A DNA stretch of 64,000 nt from Bacteroidota bacterium. GTDB taxonomy: Bacteria > Bacteroidota > Bacteroidia > Bacteroidales > UBA7960. The stretch spans positions 2,608 through 66,607 of the forward strand of contig JAGXRQ010000018.1 in the NCBI GenBank assembly GCA_018335675.1, in the 5' to 3' direction. The notes beneath the pieces are model-generated. The model was not told the origin of the DNA. It was given only the letters and a program-made list of their open reading frames with translations, and searched no databases. The translations under genes and the position numbers were made by a program. How positions within the stretch are numbered: position 1 is the first letter of the stretch; each line of letters starts with the position of its first letter. Of this stretch, positions 20,875 through 30,742 are shown one piece after another.

Positions 20875-21671
20875 AGAATATCAAAAAGCCCGTAAGAGAT
20901 TGCTGCAAGGCCGATAATTAAACAATAAATTGAGAAGTACACAATCTTTCCTTTCTTAACAATATTAATCATTGCATTGCAAGCTAACAATCCGGCTGTA
21001 AATGCAGCAATAGCACCTACGATAAGAGGCAAAACACCAATAGAAGAAGCTGATGATTCCTTAGCAAGATCAAGTACTTCAAGCAAACTAGCTCCAAAAA
21101 TCGGTATCAAGACCATAAGAAAAGAAAACCTAGTAGCTTTTTCCCTGTCAATTCCAAGATATAATGCAGTGCTGATAGTTGCTCCACTTCTGCTGATTCC
21201 CGGTATAATTGCAATAGTTTGCGCAATACCAATTAAGATAGCACTTTTAAAAGTAATTTCTCCTTTTTTTTGAGGAGAATATTTTGTAAGAAATAAAAGT
21301 GATGCAGTAACAAGAAGCATAAAGCCAACGAGCAATATGTTTCCATTAAACAGCAACTCAATATGATCTTTCAAAAAAACACCTGCTAATGCAACCGGAA
21401 CGGCTGAAATAATTAAAAGTAATATAAATTTAGTTTCATTGTTCCATTGAAACTTAAACAGATTAATGAAAAGATCAACAATATCCTTTCTAAATACAAC
21501 AAGAATACTCAAAAAAGTAGCCCCGTGTACAATGATTGAAAATGTGAGGTTATCTTCGCCTTGAAGTCCGAAGAATGCTGAGCCAAGCTCAAGATGCCCG
21601 CTACTACTAACCGGCAAAAATTCCGTAAGTCCTTGAATTAAACCAAGGATTAGTGCTTCTAACCAACTCAT
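20871..21671 (-). CDS. uppP: Undecaprenyl-diphosphate phosphatase
   Basis: 266 aa polytopic membrane protein. EFLPVSSSGHL and PGISRSGATI motifs. 4-nt overlap with truB. Confidence 0.9.
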   Translation of the reverse strand: MSWLEALILGLIQGLTEFLPVSSSGHLELGSAFFGLQGEDNLTFSIIVHGATFLSILVVFRKDIVDLFINLFKFQWNNETKFILLLIISAVPVALAGVFLKDHIELLFNGNILLVGFMLLVTASLLFLTKYSPQKKGEITFKSAILIGIAQTIAIIPGISRSGATISTALYLGIDREKATRFSFLMVLIPIFGASLLEVLDLAKESSASSIGVLPLIVGAIAAFTAGLLACNAMINIVKKGKIVYFSIYCLIIGLAAISYGLFDIL

Positions 21672-21697
21672 TGTTTGTAATTTTCTATATGTGAATT

Positions 21698-21961
21698 TTA
21701 TTTGTCAGAATTACTTACTGACTTTTTTTTAGTAAGAATAGAGTATATCATAATCCCATACCCTGCAAGAACTAATATTGGTGCGAGGGTAATACGCCTG
21801 TGACTGAATATGTCGTAGCTAAATTCATTAGGATCTTCGGTGCCACCACCTATCATAAGGATAAATCCTAAAGCACCCACAAGTATTCCGGCTATCAATA
21901 TATAATATTTTCTTCTGTCAAATAGAATTTCTCTTTCTTCAGGGTTAGATTGGGTTTTCAT
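21698..21961 (-). CDS. Small two-TM membrane protein (DUF3098-like)
   Basis: 87 aa. FDRRKYYILIAGILVGALGFILMIGGG...FSHRRITLAPILVLAGY. It occupies the conserved position between ftsX and uppP in Bacteroidetes. Confidence 0.6.
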   Translation of the reverse strand: MKTQSNPEEREILFDRRKYYILIAGILVGALGFILMIGGGTEDPNEFSYDIFSHRRITLAPILVLAGYGIMIYSILTKKKSVSNSDK

Positions 21962-22008
21962 TTTGAATGTTTTATTTTATGAATACTCGGTTTTCCCGAA
22001 TTACAATA

Positions 22009-22890
22009 CTAGTAAAAATATAAATTATCAGACTTGATATTAAGATATTTTCTTACAGCAAAAAACGTTGATATCCAACTTATTATTATACCAAGAAGAA
22101 TAACAATAACAAACAGCGACATCAGCATATTAATGTCTTGAAATTCTATAAGTTCGGGTATTTGCTTTTGAGCACCATAAAGAGTAGCTATAAGCGAAGC
22201 TATAGAAACACAAGAACCAATAAGCCCTTGGCTAATGCTTTTAATTACAAATGGTTTTCTAATAAATCCTTGAGTAGCGCCAACAAGTTGCATACTTTTA
22301 ATTAGAAATCTTTTTGAGAAAACGCTAAGCCTGATTGTATTATTAATCAGAGCAAAAGCAATAACGAGCAAAAGCCCACTAAAAATAAGCAAAACTGCAC
22401 CTATTTTAGTAACATTATCATTAACCATTTCAACCAAGGATCTTTGGTAATAAACCTCCTTAACAATTCTTTCCTTTTCAATAATTTCTGAGAAATTACT
22501 AAGACTGTCGGGGTGTGTAAAGGCAGCGTTAAATCGAACTTCAATACTTGGGAAAAGGGGATTATAGCCCAGAAATGCGACAAAATCTTCGCCTAAATCT
22601 CTAGTAAGATCGCTGGCAGCTTTTTCTTTGGAAATAAATTCAGTAGATTTAATGCCAGACATTCCGTCTATATATTTTTGCAGTATAGAAATTTCAGCCG
22701 GTTTGGCATTGTCGTGCATAATAACAGAGAACCCAATATTTTCTTTAACATGGTCGGACAATTTTCTAGCATGCAGAATAGTAAGGCCTAGTAATCCTAA
22801 AACATAAAGCACAAGAGTAACACTAACAACTGCAGAAACAATTGAAGTTTTGAGTCTTCTACCAACTACTATGTCTTCTTTTTTGGCCAT
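22009..22890 (-). CDS. ftsX: Cell-division ABC transporter permease FtsX
   Basis: 293 aa. One N-terminal TM helix, a periplasmic domain, and three C-terminal TM helices of FtsX type. Confidence 0.8.
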   Translation of the reverse strand: MAKKEDIVVGRRLKTSIVSAVVSVTLVLYVLGLLGLTILHARKLSDHVKENIGFSVIMHDNAKPAEISILQKYIDGMSGIKSTEFISKEKAASDLTRDLGEDFVAFLGYNPLFPSIEVRFNAAFTHPDSLSNFSEIIEKERIVKEVYYQRSLVEMVNDNVTKIGAVLLIFSGLLLVIAFALINNTIRLSVFSKRFLIKSMQLVGATQGFIRKPFVIKSISQGLIGSCVSIASLIATLYGAQKQIPELIEFQDINMLMSLFVIVILLGIIISWISTFFAVRKYLNIKSDNLYFY

Positions 22891-22892
22891 AG

Positions 22893-23519
22893 CTATTCTT
22901 TTTCAACGACAACCTGATTGTGGAATAATTTCTTTTGAAATATCAAAATTATAAAAACTCCAATAGTAATTGCAGCATCTGCTATATTAAATACAGGCCT
23001 GAAGAAAATAAATTCATCGCCTCCCCAAAATGGGAACCAAGATGGAAACGTTCCTTTTAGAATAGGGAAATAGAACATATCTACAACCTTGCCATGCAAA
23101 AATCCGGCATAGCCTCCACCATCTGCAAACATAACTGCAGCCTCATTCCAAGAACTTTCTGAAAATATCAAACCATAGAAAGCACTGTCGAAAATATTGC
23201 CGGCAGCACCTGCAAGTATTAATGAAACACTAATTAGCAATCCAACTGAAGCATTTTTTTGAATCAAAGAATATATATACCATCCGATAAATCCAACAGC
23301 TACAAGCCTGAATAAGCTAAGCAGAAGTTTGCCGTATTGTCCGGGTAAAGACATTCCAAATGCCATACCTTCATTTTCGGTAAAGTGCAAAATAAACCAA
23401 TCTCCAAGCACAGGAATGCTTTGGCCAAGGGTCATATTGGTTTTAACCAAAATCTTAATAATCTGATCAATTAATAAAATCAGAATTACAACTAACCAGG
23501 GAATATACTTTTTTTTCAA
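22893..23519 (-). CDS. lspA: Lipoprotein signal peptidase II
   Basis: 208 aa. TENEGMAFGM and FNIADAAITIG catalytic Asp blocks. Confidence 0.85.
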   Translation of the reverse strand: MKKKYIPWLVVILILLIDQIIKILVKTNMTLGQSIPVLGDWFILHFTENEGMAFGMSLPGQYGKLLLSLFRLVAVGFIGWYIYSLIQKNASVGLLISVSLILAGAAGNIFDSAFYGLIFSESSWNEAAVMFADGGGYAGFLHGKVVDMFYFPILKGTFPSWFPFWGGDEFIFFRPVFNIADAAITIGVFIILIFQKKLFHNQVVVEKE

Positions 23520-23534
23520 AGCCTTAAGCCAATA

Positions 23535-23924
23535 TTATTTGTTTTGATTAAGTTTGGCTTCAATACTAAGTGTAGCGTGAGGAACACTTCTAAGTCTTTC
23601 TTTAGAGATTAACTTTCCAGTAACGCGGCATACACCGTAGGTTTTGTTTTCAATGCGAATAAGTGCATTTTCCAGATCGCGGATAAATTTTTGCTGTCTG
23701 GCGGCCAATTGTCCGTTTTCTTCTTTTGATAACACCTGAGATCCTTCTTCCAGAATTTTAAAAGACGGAGAAGTATCGTTAGTGTCATTTTCATTTTGGG
23801 TTGTAAATGCTTCGGTAAGCATTTTTAGTCCCGCACGTGCTTCTTCCAGTTTATTCAAAATGATATCCTTGAATTCCTGTAGTTCTTCATCTGAATATCT
23901 GGTCTTTTCTCTTTTTGTTTCCAT
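23535..23924 (-). CDS. DksA/TraR-family regulator, Zn-finger cysteines mostly absent
   Basis: 129 aa. Coiled-coil N-terminus, and a C-terminal YGVCRVTGKLISKERLRSVPHATLSIEAK aligned by eye to the DksA CxxC-N17-CxxC region with only one Cys retained. Confidence 0.8.
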   Translation of the reverse strand: METKREKTRYSDEELQEFKDIILNKLEEARAGLKMLTEAFTTQNENDTNDTSPSFKILEEGSQVLSKEENGQLAARQQKFIRDLENALIRIENKTYGVCRVTGKLISKERLRSVPHATLSIEAKLNQNK

Positions 23925-23939
23925 AATACCGGGCTTTAT

Positions 23940-26900
23940 TTATTTAATACAATTGACCTTATTAATCAATACGTATGTTTTAATATCATCAACTATTTCA
24001 ACCATAACTTTGTCCGAGTTCTGAATATTTTCGGAATAGTTAAGATTAACTGCGAGTGTTTCCGAACAAATATAATCATTATTGTTTAATATTGCATCAG
24101 AAATCTGATTATGTTTTTCTACAAATAGCTCTATTTTGTCAGTAACTTCAAGGCCTTTATCTTTTCTTAGATTTTGGATTCTATTTATTAACTCTCTGGC
24201 AATACCTTCTTGCTTAAGGTCCTCGGAAATTGTAACATCCAATGCGACCGTAAGCCCGCCTTCGCTAATAACAAGCCATCCGGGAATATCTTCAGAAAGA
24301 ATTTCTACATCTGAGATGAAAATCTCAACATTCTGCCCTTCAACTATTAATTCCTTTTTCTCATTTTTTTCAATAGAGGAAATGTCATCCTGAGAGAATT
24401 TTTCAATTTCCACGGCAATTTGTTTCATTAGTTTGCCGAATTTGGGGCCTAAAGTTTTAAAGTTTGGCTTAATCTTTTTAACCAGCACTCCGGCAGTATC
24501 ATCGAGGTATTCAAGTTCTTTAACATTTACTTCAGACAAAATCAATTGTTCAACCCCCTGAAGTTGCTTGCGGAATTTCTCATCTAACACAGACACCATA
24601 ATTTTTTGCAGCGGCTGTCTTACCCTGATGTTAACCTTTTTCCTTAAGGCCAGCACCATAGATGAAACTTTCTGTGCAAGCTGCATTCTTTGTTCGAGGT
24701 CAGAGTTGATAAGACTTTTATCTACTGTTGGAAAATCAGTAAGATGCACAGAATCTATTTTTTGTCTATTTGTAACGCTATTCAAATCGAGGAAGAGCCT
24801 TTCGCTGAAAAATGGAGCTATTGGTGCGCTAAGCATTGCAATTACTTCAAGACAGCGATACAAGGTTTGGTATGCAGAAATTTTATCTTCAGTGTATTCA
24901 CCTTTCCAGAAACGGCGGCGGCACAAACGAACGTACCAATTGCTAAGATGCTCATCAACAAATTCTTGGATTAGCCTACCAGCACGTGTTGGTTCAAAAT
25001 CATTGTAACATTCATCAACAGTAGCGATAAGAGTGTTTAATTCCGAGATAATCCATCTATCAATTTCAGGCCTTTTTTCTACAGGTATTTCATCTTCTTT
25101 GAAGCAGAAACCGTCAATATTGGCATACAAAGCAAAGAAAGCATAAGTATTATAAAGCGTACCAAAGAATTTTCTTTGAACTTCGGCTACACCTTCAATA
25201 TCAAATTTCAGGTTATCCCAGGGTTGAGCATTAGTAATCATGTACCAGCGCGTGGCGTCAGGGCCGTATTTCTCAATAGTTTCGAAAGGATCAACTGCAT
25301 TACCAAGCCTTTTCGACATTTTGTTTCCTTTTTTATCGAGAACAAGGCCATTAGAAACAACAGTTTTAAAAGCAACCGAATCGAAGAGCATAACAGCAAT
25401 AGCGTGAAGAGTAAAGAACCATCCTCTTGTTTGGTCTACACCTTCGGCTATAAAATCTGCAGGAAAATTATTTTCAAAAACTTCTTTGTTTTCAAATGGA
25501 TAATGAAACTGTGCATAAGGCATTGCGCCAGAGTCGAACCAAACATCTATAAGATCGGACTCTCTGAACATTTTTTTACCGGATGCTGAAACTAACACCA
25601 CCTCATCAACAAATGGTTTGTGCATATCAAATACATTGTAGTTTTTATCTGACATGTCGCTAGGGTTAAAATCTTTAAGAGGATTTTCTTTCATAAATCC
25701 TGCTTTAACAGATTTTTCCATTTCGTCTTTAAGATGAGCTAAAGAGCCAATGCAAATTTGTTCTTCCTTGTCTTCAGTAATCCAAATAGGAAGAGGCACG
25801 CCCCAAAAACGAGAACGACTAAGGTTCCAATCCTGAAGGTTTTCAAGCCAATTGCCGAATCGGCCGGTGCCGGTGCTTTCGGGTTTCCAGTTTATTGATT
25901 GATTCAGTTCTATCATTCTGTCTCTTAGTGCCGTAGTGCGGATAAACCAAGAATCGAGAGGATAATAAAGAATAGGTTTATCTGTTCTCCAGCAGTGAGG
26001 ATAAGAGTGTTCGTATTTTTCAGCTTTAAAAGCTCTATTTTCAGTTTTTAGTTTAATGATAATGTCAACGTCAACCGGTTTTGTTGTTTTTGGGTCGTAA
26101 TCTGTTTCATATTCCGGCTTAACGAATCTCCCTGCAAATTCTCCCATTTCATCAACAAACTTACCTTGCTTATCAACCATAGTAAGGGCGCCCAAATTAT
26201 ATTGTTTCCCAACTCTAAAGTCGTCGGCTCCAAAACTAGGTGCTATATGAACAATACCGGTACCATCTTCTGTTGTTACAAAATCTCCCAAAACAACTCT
26301 GAAGGGATCGCCTTCTTCCGGTTGAGCGTAGGGTAATAGTTGCTCGAAGCGGATATTTTCAAATTTTGCACCTTTATAAACATCAACAATTTCAAAAGGA
26401 ATATTCTTATCTCCCGGATGAAATTCATCAAATGGCAAATCTTTGTTTTCAGGATTAAAAAACTTCGATATTAATTCTTTTGCCAGAATAACAACGATTT
26501 TCTCGAAAGTATAAGGGTTGTAAGTTCTAAGCTTTACATAATCTATGTTTTTGCCGACAGCAAGTCCAGTGTTGCTTGGAAGTGTCCAAGGAGTAGTTGT
26601 CCATGCCAAGAAGAAAAGTTCTTCTTTAATGTCCTTAAATAAAAACTCAGACTGTTGATTTCTTACAACCTTAAATTGGGCTGTAAGGGAATTGTCTTTA
26701 ACATCGCGGTAGCAACCTGGTTGGTTCAATTCGTGAGTGCTAAGACCTGTACCTGCAGCGGGTGAATATGGCTGAATAGAATAGCCTTTATAAAGTAATC
26801 CTTTTTCATACAATTTAGAAAGCAGATTCCAAACCGATTCGATGTATTTGTTTTCGAAAGTGATATAAGGGTCGCTCAAATCAACCCAATATCCCATTTT

Positions 26901-27314
26901 TCTAGTAAGATCGTCCCATTTATCTTTGAACTTCATTACATCCTTGCGGCATTCTTTGTTATAATCAGCAATGGATATTTTTTTTCCAATATCTTCCTTT
27001 GTTATGCCCAGCATTTTCTCAACGCCCATTTCAACAGGTAATCCATGAGTATCCCAACCGGCTTTGCGGTCAACTTTATAACCTTTCTGGGTGCGATAAC
27101 GGCAGAAAATATCTTTAATAGCTCTTGCCATAACGTGATGAATTCCGGGCATGCCATTAGCAGATGGTGGACCTTCGAAAAAGACCCAAGGTTTATGGTC
27201 TTGGCGAATTTCAATACTTTTTTCAAAAGTTTTGTGTTTTTCCCAATATCCCTGCACATCCTTGCCAATTTGCGAAAGATCAAGCTTTTTGTATTCCTTA
27301 TATTTTTGCTGCAT
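23940..27314 (-). CDS. ileS: Isoleucine--tRNA ligase
   Basis: 1124 aa. HIGH-type motif PSANGMPGIHHV, KMSKS motif KMSKRLGN, and a large CP1 editing insertion. Confidence 0.97.
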   Translation of the reverse strand: MQQKYKEYKKLDLSQIGKDVQGYWEKHKTFEKSIEIRQDHKPWVFFEGPPSANGMPGIHHVMARAIKDIFCRYRTQKGYKVDRKAGWDTHGLPVEMGVEKMLGITKEDIGKKISIADYNKECRKDVMKFKDKWDDLTRKMGYWVDLSDPYITFENKYIESVWNLLSKLYEKGLLYKGYSIQPYSPAAGTGLSTHELNQPGCYRDVKDNSLTAQFKVVRNQQSEFLFKDIKEELFFLAWTTTPWTLPSNTGLAVGKNIDYVKLRTYNPYTFEKIVVILAKELISKFFNPENKDLPFDEFHPGDKNIPFEIVDVYKGAKFENIRFEQLLPYAQPEEGDPFRVVLGDFVTTEDGTGIVHIAPSFGADDFRVGKQYNLGALTMVDKQGKFVDEMGEFAGRFVKPEYETDYDPKTTKPVDVDIIIKLKTENRAFKAEKYEHSYPHCWRTDKPILYYPLDSWFIRTTALRDRMIELNQSINWKPESTGTGRFGNWLENLQDWNLSRSRFWGVPLPIWITEDKEEQICIGSLAHLKDEMEKSVKAGFMKENPLKDFNPSDMSDKNYNVFDMHKPFVDEVVLVSASGKKMFRESDLIDVWFDSGAMPYAQFHYPFENKEVFENNFPADFIAEGVDQTRGWFFTLHAIAVMLFDSVAFKTVVSNGLVLDKKGNKMSKRLGNAVDPFETIEKYGPDATRWYMITNAQPWDNLKFDIEGVAEVQRKFFGTLYNTYAFFALYANIDGFCFKEDEIPVEKRPEIDRWIISELNTLIATVDECYNDFEPTRAGRLIQEFVDEHLSNWYVRLCRRRFWKGEYTEDKISAYQTLYRCLEVIAMLSAPIAPFFSERLFLDLNSVTNRQKIDSVHLTDFPTVDKSLINSDLEQRMQLAQKVSSMVLALRKKVNIRVRQPLQKIMVSVLDEKFRKQLQGVEQLILSEVNVKELEYLDDTAGVLVKKIKPNFKTLGPKFGKLMKQIAVEIEKFSQDDISSIEKNEKKELIVEGQNVEIFISDVEILSEDIPGWLVISEGGLTVALDVTISEDLKQEGIARELINRIQNLRKDKGLEVTDKIELFVEKHNQISDAILNNNDYICSETLAVNLNYSENIQNSDKVMVEIVDDIKTYVLINKVNCIK

Positions 27315-27393
27315 AACTGATAAACGACTTGTTTTTTATTGAAAATTCTGAATTTCAGAATTTTCTAAACGTATTACATTTTAAACAAAGGCG

Positions 27394-27401
27394 CAAAATT
27401 A
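27394..27401 (-). promoter_or_regulatory. Candidate -7 promoter box (TAATTTTG on the minus strand) for ileS
   Basis: Plus-strand CAAAATTA equals minus-strand TAATTTTG, an exact TAnnTTTG match 80 nt upstream of the ileS ATG. Confidence 0.3.
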
Positions 27402-27442
27402 AAAAAAAATTGCTAATAATGGTTGAATTTATAAATAACATT

Positions 27443-27485
27443 CGCGGCAATAATTCATTAGATAGCTAAATGAATTATTGCCGCG
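27443..27485 (-). terminator. Perfect 17-bp hairpin downstream of the lipoprotein gene; likely terminator
   Basis: CGCGGCAATAATTCATT (27443-27459) pairs perfectly with AATGAATTATTGCCGCG (27469-27485) around a 9-nt loop. It lies 50 nt beyond the stop at 27535. The minus-strand trailing sequence AATGTTATTTAT is only moderately U-rich. Confidence 0.45.
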
Positions 27486-27534
27486 TTAAAAAGCCTTCTA
27501 TTAAAAAAAATAGGGAGACAGAGCCTCTAAAAGA

Positions 27535-28206
27535 CTACTTTTTGCCGGATCCTTTGGTCACAAGCTCAGTGTAATCTGTTTCAGTAGATTTGAATGACGA
27601 AGTAATTTCAGAAGACCCATCAGAGTCATAACAAACTCTTCCATCGCCATTGTTTATCCAATATCCGCCTGGGTTTCCATAATTATCTAGCATAAATATA
27701 GCATAATGCAGGTTTTGAATTCCTGCAGTAACTTTCTTGCCTGATAATACAACCACAAGTTTTGCACTTGAGTCATATGCAGTTGAGATTAATTCTGCAA
27801 AAACCGTAAATTGGTTATTGTCTCCAACAATAAACCCTGCCAGGCCTGTTCCTGTCTCAGGTCCATTGATATAATCCCAATTGACTGTGAGCGCTTCATT
27901 GTCTTGACTTGAAAATTTTACTTTATAATCAGCAAACTGCTGCCCTATTTGGTCTCCAGATCTATTACTATTTAACAAAATAAAAGGAGATGCAATGTAA
28001 ATATTTTCAATATCGGGAGGATTACCACCGCCAAAAATTGGCATTCCAAGATCTTTCATATCATCAAGAATCTTTGTAGGCACAAGATCATTTATTTCAC
28101 GAGTAAGGCCGTTGTCTTCTATTCTATCGTCTTTTTTACAAGCAGTAAAAATGGTAAACAATGCAATTACAAAAGCAATTAATTTGATGTTAGATGAGGT
28201 TTTCAT
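27535..28206 (-). CDS. Hypothetical lipoprotein
   Basis: 223 aa. Lipoprotein signal MKTSSNIKLIAFVIALFTIFTAC. The rest is Gly/Asn-rich and probably all-beta. No motif recognised. Confidence 0.6.
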   Translation of the reverse strand: MKTSSNIKLIAFVIALFTIFTACKKDDRIEDNGLTREINDLVPTKILDDMKDLGMPIFGGGNPPDIENIYIASPFILLNSNRSGDQIGQQFADYKVKFSSQDNEALTVNWDYINGPETGTGLAGFIVGDNNQFTVFAELISTAYDSSAKLVVVLSGKKVTAGIQNLHYAIFMLDNYGNPGGYWINNGDGRVCYDSDGSSEITSSFKSTETDYTELVTKGSGKK

Positions 28207-28363
28207 AACAAACTGATTTAGGTTAAAAATTAGTGAATACAGAATAGATAAAAGAGCTATAAAATTAATGAAATTTTAATCGCAAAATGATAATTGCGAT
28301 TTTGATGAATAGCGATTTTGAAAATCGCTACATAACTCAATAGCAGTCAATTTTACAAATAGG

Positions 28364-29461
28364 TTAGCCTACAACTTTAAAAATTTTTCCAGGCAGTGGT
28401 TTAACAAGTCCTTTGAATTCAAGGTTTAAAAGCAGTGCTGAAGTTTTACTTGGAGAAAATCCACTTTCAGAAACGATAAAGTCAATTTCGGGGTTTTCGT
28501 TAGCTTTGAGAATATCAATTATTTTTTGTTCATCATCATCAAGTTCAACAAACAACTGCCTTTGCAAGGGCTTTTTAGAAGAATTTTCGATATCCCATCT
28601 CATTATATACTCTATATCTTGAATTGATTCAGCCATATGTGCTTTGTGAGTTTTAATAATATGATTGCATCCGGCACTTAGTGGGTCGACAGTTCTGCCG
28701 GGAATGGCAAAAACATCTCTGTTGTATGAATTTGCAATATGAGCAGTAATAAGCGCTCCACCCCTATCGGCCGCCTCAGCAACAATAACAGCATCTGACA
28801 GCCCGGCTATAATCCTGTTTCTCTTAGGGAAGTTTTCTCTATCGGGTTTAGACCCTGAAAAAAAATCAGAAATTAATCCACCATTTTCAATCATTTGTTT
28901 TGCAAGTTTTGTATGCAAAGGTGGATAAATCATATCTAATCCGTGCCCCAGAACACCAACTGTTGGAATGTTTTTTGAAAGCGACATTTTATGTGCTGCA
29001 GCATCAATGCCATATGCCAACCCACTAACAATCAGAATTTCGTATTTAGCGAGTCCTTCAACAATTTCCTTAACCTTAGCTTTGCCATAGTCTGTAGCGC
29101 TTCTTGTTCCAACAATACTGACTACTTTAGACATATTAAGATCTGCATTCCCCTTCATAAAAAACAATACCGGGCTATCTATACATTGCTTTAGGCGATA
29201 TGGATACTCTTTGTCGAGGTAGAAATAAGTTGTAATATTATTCTTTTCAATAAATTCAAGTTCTTTTTCAGCTTGTTCAAATACCTTGTGATTTACAATG
29301 CTGCTTGCTAAACTTCGTCCAATACCGGGAATTTTTAACAAAGCGGATTTCTTCTCTTTAAAAACCGCCTCTACTCCTCCGCAATATGAAACCAGTTTTT
29401 TGGCTGTTATGCCACCTACTCCGGGGAGCAAACTAAGTGAAAGTTGATAAATTTTATTCAT
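28364..29461 (-). CDS. dprA: DNA-processing protein DprA
   Basis: The ORF runs 28364..29527. The conserved sequence begins at MNKIYQLSLSLLPGVGG (start 29461). It has the Rossmann-like block IVSGLAYGIDAAAH and a C-terminal winged-helix-like region. Confidence 0.85.
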   Translation of the reverse strand: MNKIYQLSLSLLPGVGGITAKKLVSYCGGVEAVFKEKKSALLKIPGIGRSLASSIVNHKVFEQAEKELEFIEKNNITTYFYLDKEYPYRLKQCIDSPVLFFMKGNADLNMSKVVSIVGTRSATDYGKAKVKEIVEGLAKYEILIVSGLAYGIDAAAHKMSLSKNIPTVGVLGHGLDMIYPPLHTKLAKQMIENGGLISDFFSGSKPDRENFPKRNRIIAGLSDAVIVAEAADRGGALITAHIANSYNRDVFAIPGRTVDPLSAGCNHIIKTHKAHMAESIQDIEYIMRWDIENSSKKPLQRQLFVELDDDEQKIIDILKANENPEIDFIVSESGFSPSKTSALLLNLEFKGLVKPLPGKIFKVVG

Positions 29462-29604
29462 AAACAATGTAAAACATTTTGTCATATTTTTTTGCAAATT
29501 TAAACGTTTATTTTTGCTATACGTCAATTGTTAAAATCTTTTTAAATATTTTCATTAACAATTATAAATCAATAAAAACACTTCACATCAAACACATTTT
29601 ATCC

Positions 29605-29612
29605 TATCTTTG
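29605..29612 (+). promoter_or_regulatory. Candidate -7 promoter box (TATCTTTG) for the glycosyltransferase gene
   Basis: Exact TAnnTTTG match ending 9 nt before ATG 29621. If it is functional, the second Met (29651, MVCPLDWGLGH) is the more likely translational start. Confidence 0.25.
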
Positions 29613-29620
29613 AATTACTT

Positions 29621-30742
29621 ATGTGCAAATCACTTAAAGGTATTAATGTTATGGTTTGCCCTTTAGATTGGGGTCTTGGGCATGCTACGCGTTGTGTTGC
29701 AATTATTAGAAAGCTTATTGTTTTGGAAGCGAATGTTATAATTGCAGCAGATAATGCTCCAATGGCATTTCTAAAAAAAGAGTTGGAAGGAGAAAATGTG
29801 AGATTTGTTATTTTCCCTTGGAGGCCTGTGAAATATCAAAAAAAAGGGAGCTTTTCATTAAAGTTAATACTTCAATCTCCCAGAATATTAGTTGAGATAA
29901 GAAAAGAGCATAAGTTTTTACAGAAAATCATAAAGGAAAATTCGGCTGATATAATAATATCTGACAATAGATTTGGGTTGTGGTCAAAAAAAGCAAAAAC
30001 CGTATTCATTACTCACCAGGTTTTTATTCAGGCTCCCAGATATTTTAAGTGGACAGAGCCTATATTATACTTTCTAAACAGCTTATTTATAAAGAGATTC
30101 GACTACTGCTGGGTGCCTGATGTTAAGAATGAACCAAGTTTTTCGGGAGTTTTATCTCACAAAAAGGAAAAGAAATTTTTAACCTTCACGGGCATATTAT
30201 CGAGGTTTTCGGGCTTAGAGCATCTTAATGGAGACAACCCTCTTCCCAATGAATTTCCCAATGACTTTGTTTTAGTGATGTTGTCAGGGCCCGAGCCACA
30301 GAGAAGTCTTCTCGAGCAAAAGCTTGCATTAGAATTTTCTAAGTTAAATGAAGCTGCTGTTTTTTTAAGAGGATTGGCAAGTTCTGATAAATCAACCATT
30401 ACAGAAAATCAAGTGTGGTTTGATCATTTAAATACATCACAAATACTTTTCCTAATAAAAAATGCGAAATTGGTCGTTTGCCGCTCCGGATATTCCACAA
30501 TAATGGATTTGGCGGTATTTAACAAGAAGGCTTTATTAATACCTACTCCCGGACAAACAGAGCAGGAATATCTTGCAGAATTATATCATAGAAACAACTG
30601 GAGCTACAGAGTAATTCAAAGTAGTATTGATATAAAAAATCAATTGGAGCTTGCAAAAAAAACAACAGGCATCCCATCAATAAATAATCAAAGCCAACTT
30701 TTGGACAAAGCCCTAAAACAACTCTCGACTGCCGACTGTTAA
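29621..30742 (+). CDS. GT-B fold glycosyltransferase (MurG/GT28-like family)
   Basis: 373 aa. N-terminal VCPLDWGLGHATRC (Gly-rich loop). The C-terminal CRSGYSTIMDLAVFNKKALLIPTPGQTEQ resembles the nucleotide-sugar binding block of GT28/GT1 enzymes. The start may be 29651. Confidence 0.7.
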   Translation: MCKSLKGINVMVCPLDWGLGHATRCVAIIRKLIVLEANVIIAADNAPMAFLKKELEGENVRFVIFPWRPVKYQKKGSFSLKLILQSPRILVEIRKEHKFLQKIIKENSADIIISDNRFGLWSKKAKTVFITHQVFIQAPRYFKWTEPILYFLNSLFIKRFDYCWVPDVKNEPSFSGVLSHKKEKKFLTFTGILSRFSGLEHLNGDNPLPNEFPNDFVLVMLSGPEPQRSLLEQKLALEFSKLNEAAVFLRGLASSDKSTITENQVWFDHLNTSQILFLIKNAKLVVCRSGYSTIMDLAVFNKKALLIPTPGQTEQEYLAELYHRNNWSYRVIQSSIDIKNQLELAKKTTGIPSINNQSQLLDKALKQLSTADC

